DNA from: an uncultured delta proteobacterium
GTDB lineage: Bacteria > Myxococcota_A > Polyangia > Polyangiales > Polyangiaceae
Length of the DNA stretch: 64,000 bases
Assembly: GCA_963782055.1 (NCBI GenBank)
Contig: CAWAIF010000003.1
Coordinates: forward strand, 6,336,001 to 6,400,000
Direction of reading: 5' to 3'
Shown here: in pieces, positions 9,158 to 19,402 of the stretch
How positions within the stretch are numbered: position 1 is the stretch's first letter
Layout: every line of letters starts with the position of its first letter
Position numbers and translations under genes: made by a program
Notes under the pieces: generated by a model
Databases searched by the model: none
Told to the model about the DNA's origin: nothing
Seen by the model: the letters and a program-made list of their open reading frames with translations, nothing else

Positions 9158-10392
9158 TAGAGAACCCCTGTTGCAAAGACATCCGCCAGCCGCACTCGAC
9201 CCCGCCATTGCTGCAGTTCGACCACCTCCGTGCCGCGCAGAATTTGAGCGGTCCCATGTTCAGTTCGACGGAACACGAGCGCCTGTTCCATTGATGTCTG
9301 GGCGAGGAACACGGGGGAATGTGTCGCGACAAAGACCTGCATGGTCCTCATTTGCGACAGGGCATCGAAGACGGATTGTATCGCCAGCGGATGCAGACCG
9401 TTCTCGGGCTCCTCCACGAGGTAGATACCGCGCTGCTGTTCTGTCTCGGCATACGCCAAAAGGGATAGTGCGAGCAGACGCAGCGTCCCGTCGGAGAGCA
9501 GCCACGACGGCACCGGCCCCTCGTGTGCACCGTGGAAGCGACCTCGCAGAACCACGTGCTTGTCCTCTGGACGTTCCCAGGTGTCGATACTCGCGAGCCC
9601 GCTGACTGCATCACCAACGTGACCAACCCACTGCCCGAAAGCTACCGGATCGCGCTGCTCCAGCGAGCGCGCGGCCACGGCGAGGTTCGAGCCGTCACGA
9701 AGCAGACGCGTTGGACTGCGCGGGGGCGAGGGCAGTCTCAGCATGTGGGAATCGAGTTCCACAAGCATCACGCCATCGCGCAAAAGGTTCCTAACCGCGA
9801 TGGCGCCGGGGAAGCGATCCGTGTCCTCGGGGATATTGCCGAGCGCCGAGCGGGTCGGACCAAAACGGAACTGGTTGTTCCAATCGGTCTTCTCATCCCG
9901 GAAGTAGTCCTTGCCCTCCCCGGTCTTGCCCACGATCTTTCGCCAACCCTTGGGCGCGGTGTGGTGCACCACCTCGCCGAGCTCGGCGTCATCGCCGAAC
10001 AAGCTCCGTTGGCGCTCCACCGAGTTCGGCCCCTCCGGCAGTCGAAACAGGTTCTCACGCATGACGACCGGGGCCCCGCTAGCACCGCCGGGCTCAGGGC
10101 CCACTTCCAACTCGTAGCGATACGTCCCCTCCGCCAGCTGGATCGCTATCCCGAAGGCAACCGGCTGGTCTTCGCGGAAGCACAGGTCGCGGAAGCCTGC
10201 CCCAGAGCCGTCGATCGCCATGTCGACAGCACGATCCACACCGTCGGAGAGCACATGGCTTACGAACCGGAGGGCGGACATGAGGGTGCTCTTGCCCGAC
10301 GCGTTTCGTCCGACGAGGACGGCGAAACGGCCGAGATCCACGCGGTTGCTTTCAAGCATCCGGAAGTTGCGCACCCACACCCGCTGAATCAT
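9157..10392 (-). CDS. AAA_21/AbiEii-type ABC ATPase, MAD3-like
   Basis: Walker A GRNASGKS, signature VPSWLLSDGTLR, Walker B EEPENGLHP, H-loop ATHSP; SALGNIPED.. segment resembles MAD3-type ATPases as recalled. Confidence 0.85.
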   Translation of the reverse strand: MIQRVWVRNFRMLESNRVDLGRFAVLVGRNASGKSTLMSALRFVSHVLSDGVDRAVDMAIDGSGAGFRDLCFREDQPVAFGIAIQLAEGTYRYELEVGPEPGGASGAPVVMRENLFRLPEGPNSVERQRSLFGDDAELGEVVHHTAPKGWRKIVGKTGEGKDYFRDEKTDWNNQFRFGPTRSALGNIPEDTDRFPGAIAVRNLLRDGVMLVELDSHMLRLPSPPRSPTRLLRDGSNLAVAARSLEQRDPVAFGQWVGHVGDAVSGLASIDTWERPEDKHVVLRGRFHGAHEGPVPSWLLSDGTLRLLALSLLAYAETEQQRGIYLVEEPENGLHPLAIQSVFDALSQMRTMQVFVATHSPVFLAQTSMEQALVFRRTEHGTAQILRGTEVVELQQWRGRVRLADVFATGVL

Positions 10393-10528
10393 CCGTCGTC
10401 CTTTCTCTGAGCCAACAGCCTAGGCTCTTCCGTTGGCACATGCACCCGCAGGTGGTGCATGTCGCAGGTCGCACCGCTGGCCGAGCCGTCTTGCGGATGC
10501 GGCATTCCTCGGCGCGCGCACGCGTCGG

Positions 10529-11089
10529 CTACCGCCAGGCGATCTCCATCACCATCTCCGGGTCGCCGTCCTCGCCGCCGGAGAGGATCCGCCCGCGCAG
10601 CAGCCTGGCGCCGCTCAGCGCGACGAGCTCCTCGGTGGCGCCGACCTGATCCCGCCAGCAGTTGCGGTCGAAGCCGTGGCAGCCCTTCCACGTCAGGTGC
10701 TCGACGCGCTGCCCGACGTTCTGCACCGAGACGCTCGCGCTCTCGAAGTAGTTGGAGAAGACGCGGCCACCCTGCTTGATGAGGGTGTCGGGGTTCATCA
10801 TCCGCATGAAGACGCGGTGGATGGTGCTCATGTTGGCGCGCGTGGAGCTGCGGCCGAGCAGGCGGACCACCGAGGGATCGGCGTGGCGCACGGCGCTGGC
10901 GAAGAGTGCGCGGTACCAGGCGACGGGGTACCAGCCGGCGGCGATCAGGCTGCGGGAGCGCAGCGCCTCGCCGCCCTCACCCTCCATGTCGCGCACCACC
11001 GCGTCGTGGTACTCGAGGCCGCGGAGCGCCTCGAGCACGCCCACGACGCCGAGGATGTTGGTCCCCTTGATGCGGATCTCGTCGGGCAC
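10529..11089 (-). CDS. Myxobacterial DUF2378/TIGR02265-like (H-NOX-like fold) protein
   Basis: IKGTNI...LIAAGWYPVAWY...YFESAS...W terminus pattern. Confidence 0.55.
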   Translation of the reverse strand: MPDEIRIKGTNILGVVGVLEALRGLEYHDAVVRDMEGEGGEALRSRSLIAAGWYPVAWYRALFASAVRHADPSVVRLLGRSSTRANMSTIHRVFMRMMNPDTLIKQGGRVFSNYFESASVSVQNVGQRVEHLTWKGCHGFDRNCWRDQVGATEELVALSGARLLRGRILSGGEDGDPEMVMEIAWR

Positions 11090-11145
11090 GAAGGGGAGGT
11101 TCCCACGCGCCGCCGGGGCGGATCAAGCGATGATGGGGGCGACGC

Positions 11146-11580
11146 TCAGGGGCGGCGGGCGGCGAAGATGCGCACGCCGATGGCGCTGACGAGCATCGGC
11201 ACGAGCACGGCGATGACGACCGCCCACGGGCCCATCTTCCACCACTTGTGCGGCGAGTAGACCATGTACGTGAGGAGCGGCAGCGCCGGGGCGGCGAGCC
11301 CCGCGAGCCAGGCGCGCCCGCCGTTCATCAGGGTGCGGGCGCGGACGCCGAGGAGCGCCAGGTCCACCAGGACCTGAAGCAAGAGGAAGACGAGCGCCCA
11401 GCCGGTGGCGACGGCCATGCCCACCACCCAGAAGACGGTGCGCGGCACCAGATCGGGCAGCGGGCCGAAGGCGGCGTAGAGGGAGACCGCGCCGTACGCC
11501 GCGCCGAACGCGCCGACCGCGGTGGGTGCGAGCCACCCGGGGATGGAAGGACGGACGTAGCGATCGTTCTTGGTGGCCAT
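11146..11580 (-). CDS. Integral membrane protein (about 4 TM helices)
   Basis: GGAGG RBS before ATG 11580; four hydrophobic stretches. Confidence 0.7.
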   Translation of the reverse strand: MATKNDRYVRPSIPGWLAPTAVGAFGAAYGAVSLYAAFGPLPDLVPRTVFWVVGMAVATGWALVFLLLQVLVDLALLGVRARTLMNGGRAWLAGLAAPALPLLTYMVYSPHKWWKMGPWAVVIAVLVPMLVSAIGVRIFAARRP

Positions 11581-11657
11581 GGCTTCCTCCAGAAATACGT
11601 AGCACGCGGCGAGAAGATTCCCAGGGTGCGAGCCTTGCGCGCGGCTACGATGTAGGC

Positions 11658-13454
11658 GTGCGTCGTCTTGCCTTCCTCCTCGGCCTGGTGGCGGCCTGCA
11701 GCGCCGATTCTGCGACGCCCCCCGGCCCCACCGAGCCATGCCCCAGGACCGACCTGGATGAGCTCCCCGCCAGCACCGCCCACACCCCGCGCTGGGCGCT
11801 CGAGCCGTGGATCTCCAAGGACATCTCCACGCGCGACGACACCTACGCCTTCGTCGGCGGCTTCCAGGACCGCGACATCCCGGTGGGCGTCGTCGTCATC
11901 GATAGCCCGTGGGAGACGCACTACAACACCTTCGTCCCCAACCCGACGCGCTACGCCGACTTCGGCGGGATGATCTCCGACATGCACGCGCGCGGGGTGC
12001 GCGTGGTCGCGTGGGTGACCGGGATGACCAACACCTCCGGCCTGGACTCCGAGCCTGGCGGCGACACCTACGTCGGGGCCTCCCCCAACTACGCCGAGGG
12101 TGATCGCTGCGGCTACTTCATCGACCAGAGCGCGACCTACTTCTGGTGGAAGGGCTTCGGCTCGGGGATCGACTTCTTCCACCCGTCGGCCACCGCGTGG
12201 TGGCACCGGCAGCAGGACCCGGTGCTGGCGATGGGCCTGGACGGCTGGAAGCTGGACTTCGCAGAGAGCTACATCAAGACGGATCCCGTCCAGACGTTCG
12301 CCGGCCCCGAGTCGCACCAGGCGTACTCGGAGGCCTACTACCACGACTACCTCGCCTACGGCCGCAAGGTGCGCGGCGACGACTTCCTCACGATGACACG
12401 CGCGTGGGACGAGTCGTACGGCTTCGCCGGGCGCTTCTACGCGCGCAAGGAGGACGCGCCGGTCGCGTGGATGGGGGACAACCGCCGCGACTGGGTGGGC
12501 CTGGGCGACGCGCTGGACGAGATGCTCACGTCGGCGGCGGCGGGCTACGCCATGGTGGGCTCCGACATCGGCGGCTACCTGGATCACGACGACAAGGATC
12601 TCGCCGGACCGGAGATCCCCTTCGACCTGGAGAACTTCGAGCGGTGGATCGCGGTGGGCGCGCTCTCCCCTCTGATGGAGCTGCACGGCCGCGCCAACCT
12701 CACGCCGTGGACGACGCCGGACAAACCGGACGAGGTCACGGCCATCTACCGCTACTGGGCCAAGCTCCACCACGAGCTGGTGCCCTTCTTCTACAGCCTC
12801 GTCGAGGAGGGCTGGGGGCACGGGACGAGCGCGGTGGTGCCCGTCGGCGACGCGGGGAGCTGGCACGGCGACGACCGGTACTTGCTGGGTCAAGCGTTGC
12901 TCGTCGCCCCGCTGCTCGCCGCCGGCGGCAAGCGCGACGTGCCCCTGCCCTCCGGCGCCAGCTACTACGACTTCTGGGACCCGACGGCGGCGCCGTATGC
13001 GGGAGGGACGACGCTCGCGGCGTACGACGCGACCGACCCGCAGCGCGTGCCGCTCTTCTTCCGGGAGGGCGCCATCGTGCCGATGAACGTGGAGGACGAC
13101 GTGACCGGCTTCGGCGACGCGGCGTCGAAGGGCGCGCTCACCGTCGTCGTCTACCCGGGGTCGGCCTCCAGCTTCGTGCTGCACGACGAGGACGGCGCGC
13201 CGACGCACATCGACGCGAGCGCGGCCGGCGGCGCCGCGACGCTGCACATCGACCGCGCCCTTCGCACCACGATCTTCCGCGTGCGCGTGGAGACCGCGCC
13301 CGCCGGCGCGACGCTCGACGGCGCCGCGATGACCGTGTTCGCCACCCGCGGCGAGTTCGACGCCGCCGCCTCCGGGCTCTACGTCGACGCGCCGGACCAC
13401 TTCGCGTGGGTGAAGGTCCCGCCGGGCGGACCGGACACCATCACCGTTCCTTGA
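11658..13454 (+). CDS. Glycoside hydrolase family 31 lipoprotein
   Basis: LVAAC lipobox; VVIDSPWE, LDGWKLDFAE (nucleophile motif), AWMGDN, GSDIGGY, YLLGQALLVAP. Confidence 0.85.
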   Translation: MRRLAFLLGLVAACSADSATPPGPTEPCPRTDLDELPASTAHTPRWALEPWISKDISTRDDTYAFVGGFQDRDIPVGVVVIDSPWETHYNTFVPNPTRYADFGGMISDMHARGVRVVAWVTGMTNTSGLDSEPGGDTYVGASPNYAEGDRCGYFIDQSATYFWWKGFGSGIDFFHPSATAWWHRQQDPVLAMGLDGWKLDFAESYIKTDPVQTFAGPESHQAYSEAYYHDYLAYGRKVRGDDFLTMTRAWDESYGFAGRFYARKEDAPVAWMGDNRRDWVGLGDALDEMLTSAAAGYAMVGSDIGGYLDHDDKDLAGPEIPFDLENFERWIAVGALSPLMELHGRANLTPWTTPDKPDEVTAIYRYWAKLHHELVPFFYSLVEEGWGHGTSAVVPVGDAGSWHGDDRYLLGQALLVAPLLAAGGKRDVPLPSGASYYDFWDPTAAPYAGGTTLAAYDATDPQRVPLFFREGAIVPMNVEDDVTGFGDAASKGALTVVVYPGSASSFVLHDEDGAPTHIDASAAGGAATLHIDRALRTTIFRVRVETAPAGATLDGAAMTVFATRGEFDAAASGLYVDAPDHFAWVKVPPGGPDTITVP

Positions 13455-13494
13455 TGGGCAGGTCGGGGCCCGGGTGGACCGAGCTGGAAGGTCG

Positions 13495-13986
13495 TCATTG
13501 ACAGGTGTCGACGGGAACCGTTCCGGCCTGGCAGGCGAACACCGCCGTCGCCGGCGAGCAGTCGACGAGCTCGGCTTCGTCGGCGTTGTTACAGGCAGCG
13601 CTCTGGCAATAGCAGGCCGCTCCGGGGGCGGCGTGACAGCAGTGCCCGCCGCTCGGGAGAGGGCACGAGGCAACCGGCACACCGAAACACTCCACGTTGA
13701 GGCCACAGTAGCACGAGCTGCCTTGCTGACAGCACGTGATCGCGTCGCTCGCGCACATACAGGCAGTCGTCACCCCCGCGTCCACGGTGGCGCAGCAGTG
13801 CGCAGCGCCGCCGAGCGAGCCGGGCGAGCAAGAGCCCGAGCGCGCGGCCGCGTTCTGGCACAAGCAGGTAAAGCTGTCGCCGGAGCAGCTCAGGATGGCG
13901 TCGCCCGAGGACGAGCAGGCGAGGAGGCATCCCGCCGCGATGGGAACGACGCTCGTGATGATCTGGTAGTACCGTCCCGGAGTCAT
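13495..13986 (-). CDS. Small Cys-rich lipoprotein
   Basis: LLAC lipobox; very dense Cys including CC pairs and a repeated GGxHCC...CxC motif. Confidence 0.65.
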   Translation of the reverse strand: MTPGRYYQIITSVVPIAAGCLLACSSSGDAILSCSGDSFTCLCQNAAARSGSCSPGSLGGAAHCCATVDAGVTTACMCASDAITCCQQGSSCYCGLNVECFGVPVASCPLPSGGHCCHAAPGAACYCQSAACNNADEAELVDCSPATAVFACQAGTVPVDTCQ

Positions 13987-14040
13987 GGGTGCCTCCCAAT
14001 ACTGGGCGTTGGCGCCCTGGGCGCGTGGCTCGTCGCTCAA

Positions 14041-15393
14041 TTACTGCGCTGGTTGCGGCGCGCCGAGAGACGAGAGCGGTACCCGCCCGATGGTCTGCGT
14101 GCCCTTGGAGGCCACGCGAGCAAAGAGCTCTGTGCACGTGAGGGCGAGAGGAGTGATCCAGCCCCACCCATTCCCGTTCGAGAGGATCCAGGACGCGCCG
14201 TCGGAGACCCGGATGATGCGGATCCCGAGGCCGTTCTCCGCCGCTGCCAGCCCACAGCCGACGACCATGGACAGAGCCCCGATGGCATTCGGGATCTCGG
14301 CGGTGAGCCGCCTCGGCTTGAGGTCCGCGGGGTCCATGACGTAGGGGGACGTCCAGTAGTCGGCGGTGGTGTTGAACGCGTTGTCGATCGGAGGCCCGTG
14401 GGCCTCAATCCACACCATGTCCTTGCCGTCGGTGCCCATGTCCGCGGCGGGGTGCTGGGGATCGTAGTTGTAGTTGATGAAGTCGTGCGGGCCGCTCTGC
14501 TGGCTCCACCGCCGGATGACCGCTATCGATCCTGCACTGCCGAGCCAGAAGAGCTGGTCGGCGAAGAAGTGAGGCCCGCTCTGCCCGAGCGCGCTGTCCT
14601 GCGCGGGCGTCGTGATGTCGAGCGCATGTTGCCCGGTCGACCAGTCGAGCAGCTCGATGGTCGCGTTGTCCTTCATGTGGATGACGCCTGGGTCGCCCAC
14701 GTCGAAGGCGTGCTCCGCGAGGTCTGGCGCGCCTGCGCCGTTCGCGTAGCGGCGGTGAGACGTCGGCGCGATGCTCGCTGTCGTTCCGCCGATGTAGCCG
14801 TTCGTGGGGCCCCATCCACGCTCGCTGACCTCGACCAGCCAGCGCGGGGCGGTGATGCTTTGCAGGATCGCCTGCGTCACCTGGCAGTTCTGCGGTACCG
14901 CCGACATCAGGGCCGAGTACACCGGCCCGTCGGCGCCGGCGACGATCTCGACGGAGTGGTCCGCATACGGCCGACTGGTGAGCAGGACGACGTGGCCCTG
15001 CGCGTCGAGCGAGGCCGCGGTGTCTGTGGAATCGAGGCCGCCCCAGTTGCGGTCGATCCACCGGCACCCCGTCATCCCCGACGGCGTCTCGCACGAGGTC
15101 CAGGCGACGGGCGGCGGGAGCTGGGAGGCATCGGCGGGTACGTAGAAGCCGCAGCACGGATCATAGTCGGGGTACTCCACCCAGCCTGACGGGACGAAGC
15201 TCGGTCGCTCCGGCGGCGTGCAGACCCGGTAGGGGGCGTCACCGCCCACATCCTGCGCCACGTCCGCTTCCACGCCGGCGTCGGCCGCAGGCGCTGCGTC
15301 CGGCAAGCCGGTGGGGTCGGGCGAGCAGCTCGCGCAGGCGCTCGGCCCAAGCGCGAGGGCGAGGCAGCTCAGAGTGATTCGTCCAGATCGCAT
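14041..15393 (-). CDS. Secreted/lipoprotein of unknown function, probable beta-propeller
   Basis: Signal peptide with Cys, DA-rich linker, beta-rich body; start overlaps the upstream protease gene end. Confidence 0.7.
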   Translation of the reverse strand: MRSGRITLSCLALALGPSACASCSPDPTGLPDAAPAADAGVEADVAQDVGGDAPYRVCTPPERPSFVPSGWVEYPDYDPCCGFYVPADASQLPPPVAWTSCETPSGMTGCRWIDRNWGGLDSTDTAASLDAQGHVVLLTSRPYADHSVEIVAGADGPVYSALMSAVPQNCQVTQAILQSITAPRWLVEVSERGWGPTNGYIGGTTASIAPTSHRRYANGAGAPDLAEHAFDVGDPGVIHMKDNATIELLDWSTGQHALDITTPAQDSALGQSGPHFFADQLFWLGSAGSIAVIRRWSQQSGPHDFINYNYDPQHPAADMGTDGKDMVWIEAHGPPIDNAFNTTADYWTSPYVMDPADLKPRRLTAEIPNAIGALSMVVGCGLAAAENGLGIRIIRVSDGASWILSNGNGWGWITPLALTCTELFARVASKGTQTIGRVPLSSLGAPQPAQ

Positions 15394-18300
15394 GGTCCGT
15401 GCTTGTCGAGCGAGGCGAGGCGGTCGACCCGAACTTGCCCGGCCTGCTCCACCACGAAGGCGTAGCTGCTGGCGCTGGCGATGGGAGCGGCGAGCAACCG
15501 CTCGGCACCCGACTTGTGCAGCGCCGTCACGTGCACGCGACCCTCCCCGTCGAGGTCCAGTCGGCCGGTGGCGAAGCCGTGCTTCTTGCTGCGCGCGAGG
15601 GTGACGAGGATCCCGCCGTCCCGGTCGAGCGTCAGCCAGTACTCGTCGTAGGCCCCGATGGCGGGGAACTCCGCCAGCTCCTCAATCCCCCCCCCGAAGG
15701 TGGCGCGAGACAGGCGGATCCGCGTGAACCAGCCGTCGCGCAGCTTGTCGACCACCCAGAGATGGTCGTCCGCGTAGGAGTAGGTCGCCGCCAGGATCTC
15801 GCCGTACGGCTTCACTGCGCCGAAGCACAGCGCGCAGCGCGTGCCGAGATCCGCTCGGGGGGTGATGTCCGACCAGACCCCATCGAGCGTGTGGAGCCAG
15901 ACGTCGTGCTGCAGTGCGCCGCCGGCGCGGCCACCCGCCAGCAGCACGCCGCCAAGCACCCGCGAGAACGCGGCGACGAAGTCGGTGCGGGCGCCGGGGC
16001 TCGCCCCGTCGCCACAGCCCGTCCCCGCCGTCGGGGAGCACGCCGGAGGCGGCGCCACGACGTCACCTCCGGAGAGCAGCCCGAGCACCTCCGTGCCATC
16101 GGTAGAGACGGCCGCCGCGTCGTACGCGGTCTGCCCGGCGCGGCTCACCTCGATCGCACCGAGCCAGGTCTTCATGGGGTCGAGCCCGATGCTGGCGACG
16201 GTGGAATCGAGCGGGTGTCCGGTGGACTGCGTGCACGGAAGCTCCGCCCCCGCGCCGTTGGGGAGGTTCGCGGTCGAGATGAAGGTGCCGTCGTCCTGCA
16301 GCGCTCCCATCGTGGAGAGGGCCGACGACGGCACCAGGACCTCGGTGTCCTCGCGCGACCGGATCTGGAAGTTGCCCGTGCCGGGCGGAAGAACGAGCCA
16401 GCCCTTGGGCACGAGCGCCTTGCCCGGTCCCCCGAGCCCGCTCTGACCGTTACCGGCGACGACGATCGGGCTGGGGATCGGGCACCAGCTGATGCCGGTC
16501 GACGCCTTGAGATCGATGTAGTTGTTCGCGACGTTGAGGCCGTGGAACCCGACCGTCACGCCGCCTGCCGTCTGATGGAGGCTGTCGCTGCCGACGTCGG
16601 TCGCGCCGTGCATCCAGAACACGCCGTCGAGGCAGCCCGGATCCGGGCTCCCGTTGACGAGGGTGCACACAGGGATGGCCGGCGCATTCGGGCTGGTCTG
16701 GAGCCAGTAGCCGAGGTCCGCCTGGAAGTCCCAGGTGGACGTGGACACCGTCGAACCGTACACCCAGTCTGGGAAGACGTGGTCGCGCGCGCCGCCGAAG
16801 GTGACCCGGTGCCATGGATGTTGTAGGTCGTTCTGTTCGGCGTCCGCAGTGCTCCAGAAGCTCAGCTGCGCATCCTGCACGACGGAAGGGTCCTTGCAGT
16901 TTGCCGAACCCAGCGATGTCCCCTGACAGTACCTTGCGGACGTCTGCCCCACGCCGACCAGCTCTGGAATGGCTGGCTGGGTTCCAGCCGGCAGCGGATT
17001 GACGGTCGTGCCGTTTGCCGGAAAGGAGGGCACTGTCTGCGTGGTGACGTCGTCGGTGATCCGCTGGCCGGTGCAGACCTTAGTGTCGGGCGGGTACGGC
17101 GACCCCTGTGGTACGCAGTTGGTCGTCGCGATGTGAGAGGTGCCGAAGGATCCCGGGCACGGTACCGGATCGCACCGGTCGCCCCAGACCTGGGTGGGCG
17201 AGTTTGCCTGCTCCGCGAGGTAGTTGCAGTCGACCTGCAGGGAGTTGGCGACGTTCGGGCAGTTGTCAGGATAACGATACTTCCCGTTGCGCGACGGATC
17301 CGAGCACTCCTGCTGGCACATCGAGCTCGCCGAGGGATCACACGCGCCGCACACGCCGTCGTGGTCCACGTCGTGGCTGCAAGGACAGTCGCGGCACGCG
17401 TCCCCTATGCCGTCGGGGAGGGACTCGGTCTGGTCCGGATTGTAGACGTACGGGCAGTCATCGTGGCTGTCGATCCAGTGATCGCAGTCCTGGTCGTCCG
17501 GCTCGCACGCGCCGATGTAGTCGACCTTCCCGCGCCAGAACGTGCCGTCGAGGAAACCATGACGCAGCCGCCATGCCGTCCCATGCGGCTTGAGCACGCC
17601 CACGGGGGTGTCATCCTCCATGTTCTGGATGATCCAGTCGTGCGGGGACTGGCCGCCGGTGTACGTGATGTCGGTGAAGAAGGTGGGGTTGCCCGTGAAC
17701 GGGATCCCGTGCGTCACGCCGAGGACGTTCCGGAAGTAGTTCCCGCTCCCGTCGGGCGCCGGTAGGCGCACGAACAGGGGCCCACCGGAGTCACCGGGCT
17801 GTGACGACCAGTCGCCGTTGAGCGGCGACCAGTACCGATTCTGATTCGAGTCGATAGTGGGATCCAGCAGGATGGGATTCGTCGGGCCCCCGACCGTTCG
17901 AACCGACGTGCTGCTGAACCCTGCCATGCCGATGGGATAGGCAAACCTCACGACATCGGAGTTCTGCAGTGGCGTTCCCGGAGGAAAGGACAGCGTGGGC
18001 TGGTAGGCGTAGGCGTCCTTCAGCTCATACCCGAGCAGGGGCCCGCTCGGGTTGCAAGACAAGGTGTTGAGGGTTGGGTTGTTCGGCGCGGGCGCGCGGG
18101 ACGGGCACATGTAGATGAGCGCTACGTCGCTGCCCTTCTCCCCCTCGGGATGGTCCGGATGATCCTCGATCGTCCGCGTCTCTCGCGCCGCGTACCGAAA
18201 CTGCAGTATTCCGGATTGGTCGTAGACGCCGATCGCCCATTGCTGCCGGTTTGCGGCGCCCTTGTAGTCGTCGCCGAGGATGCAATGGAGCGCGGTGACC

Positions 18301-18508
18301 ACGACCGACGGGCTGATGAGCGTCCCCGAGCAGGTCGTGTTGTCGCTCGCGACGAGCTTCACGACGGTGTTGGCCTCCGGGTTGACTGCGTCAACGCTCG
18401 CGCCGGTGCCTGTCACGGCTTGCTGTGAAACGTCGACGGGGTCACCGTCAACGCGCAAGCCGGTCCCAGAGCGACCACGCTCGCCAGCAGAATGTGCCGA
18501 ATGCCCAT
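15369..18508 (-). CDS. Trypsin-like (S1) serine protease lipoprotein with thrombospondin type-3 repeats and a long C-terminal region; apparent 1-nt frameshift at ~18452
   Basis: CSGTLISPSVVVTALHC, DVALI, GDSGGP catalytic motifs; DDCPYVYNPDQ..DGIGDAC TSP3 repeats. The signal peptide MGIRHILLASVVALGPAC lies in a different frame from ATG 18508. Confidence 0.8.
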
Positions 18509-18639
18509 GTGCCACCCCTTTCCACAGATGACACCAATCGCATACTTGCCGACTGGTGCCAAGGGTCGGCGCCCTGTCTCTCCGCGGCAGCGCGTACTAC
18601 AGTAGCGCTTCTTCAGGGACGACATCCTACTTGTAGGTG

Positions 18640-18935
18640 GTGGCAGCCCTGCGACCCCACCGTTCCCAGGCTCCCGCAAGAACCGTGTTCGTCCGATCTC
18701 CAGACCATCTGTCAGCAGTGGGCCGAGCAGGCAGCCGCGCCGGCGAGCGCCTACGGTGCGGCCACGTGCACCGTGGACGGCGTGACCGGGCAGACGGGCT
18801 GCGCGGAATCCCACGTGCGACAACGGGACGTGCGGCCGCGGTCCGAACCAGAGCCCATGCCTGGGCGGGCAGGTCTGCGCGAGCGACACGCCGAACGGTC
18901 CCCTCCACTGCGTGACCGCCTGCAAGGGGCTCTAG
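18640..18935 (+). pseudogene. 5'-truncated, doubly frameshifted Cys-rich gene paralogous to 18938..19369
   Basis: Removing one C at ~18811 and one at ~18901 gives CSSDLQTICQQWA...TCDNGTC...CLGGQVCASDTPNGPLHCVTACKGL*, which matches the neighbour's Cys spacing. Confidence 0.55.
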
Positions 18936-18937
18936 CG

Positions 18938-19369
18938 GTGCGGCAGTTTCACCTGGCCACCTCCCTGCTCGCGCTCGCCGTCGCGGATGACGACGGCGGC
19001 ACGTCGAGCAGCGTCGGCGGGGGCGCAGACGGTACCTCCGGCGACGGCGCGCCGGCCGACGAGGCGGGCGTGCCGCCCTTCCTCGACGCCTCATGGGACA
19101 GCCCCTGCTACACGGTCAACTATTCCTTCGGCGACGGCAAGTGCTCCCCGGAGCGTGACGCCATCTGCGAGGCCAAGGCGATGCGCGCGGCGGTCGACGC
19201 GTACGCCCACGCCCGCTGCCTGAACGGCTTCTGCACCCGCGGCGACTACTGCTACGGCGATCCGGTGACGTGCGCGTGCTCGCCCAAGGTCATCTGCGCG
19301 GCCGGCTACGTCTGCTACAGCTTCACCCCCGACGGGGGCGCGCACTGCAAGGTAGAGTGCACGCCCTGA
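18938..19369 (+). CDS. Secreted Cys-rich protein (possibly eroded signal/lipobox)
   Basis: Short hydrophobic N-terminus, D/G/A linker, Cys-rich domain ending VCYSFTPDGGAHCKVECTP. Confidence 0.55.
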   Translation: MRQFHLATSLLALAVADDDGGTSSSVGGGADGTSGDGAPADEAGVPPFLDASWDSPCYTVNYSFGDGKCSPERDAICEAKAMRAAVDAYAHARCLNGFCTRGDYCYGDPVTCACSPKVICAAGYVCYSFTPDGGAHCKVECTP

Positions 19370-19402
19370 GCGGCGTGGTGAGAGATCGCCGCTGGCTCTA
19401 GC

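Noticed and set aside
18425..19369. 314-aa ORF as a single protein
   Set aside because: It is a chimaera of intergenic DNA, a frameshifted remnant and the real 18938..19369 gene.
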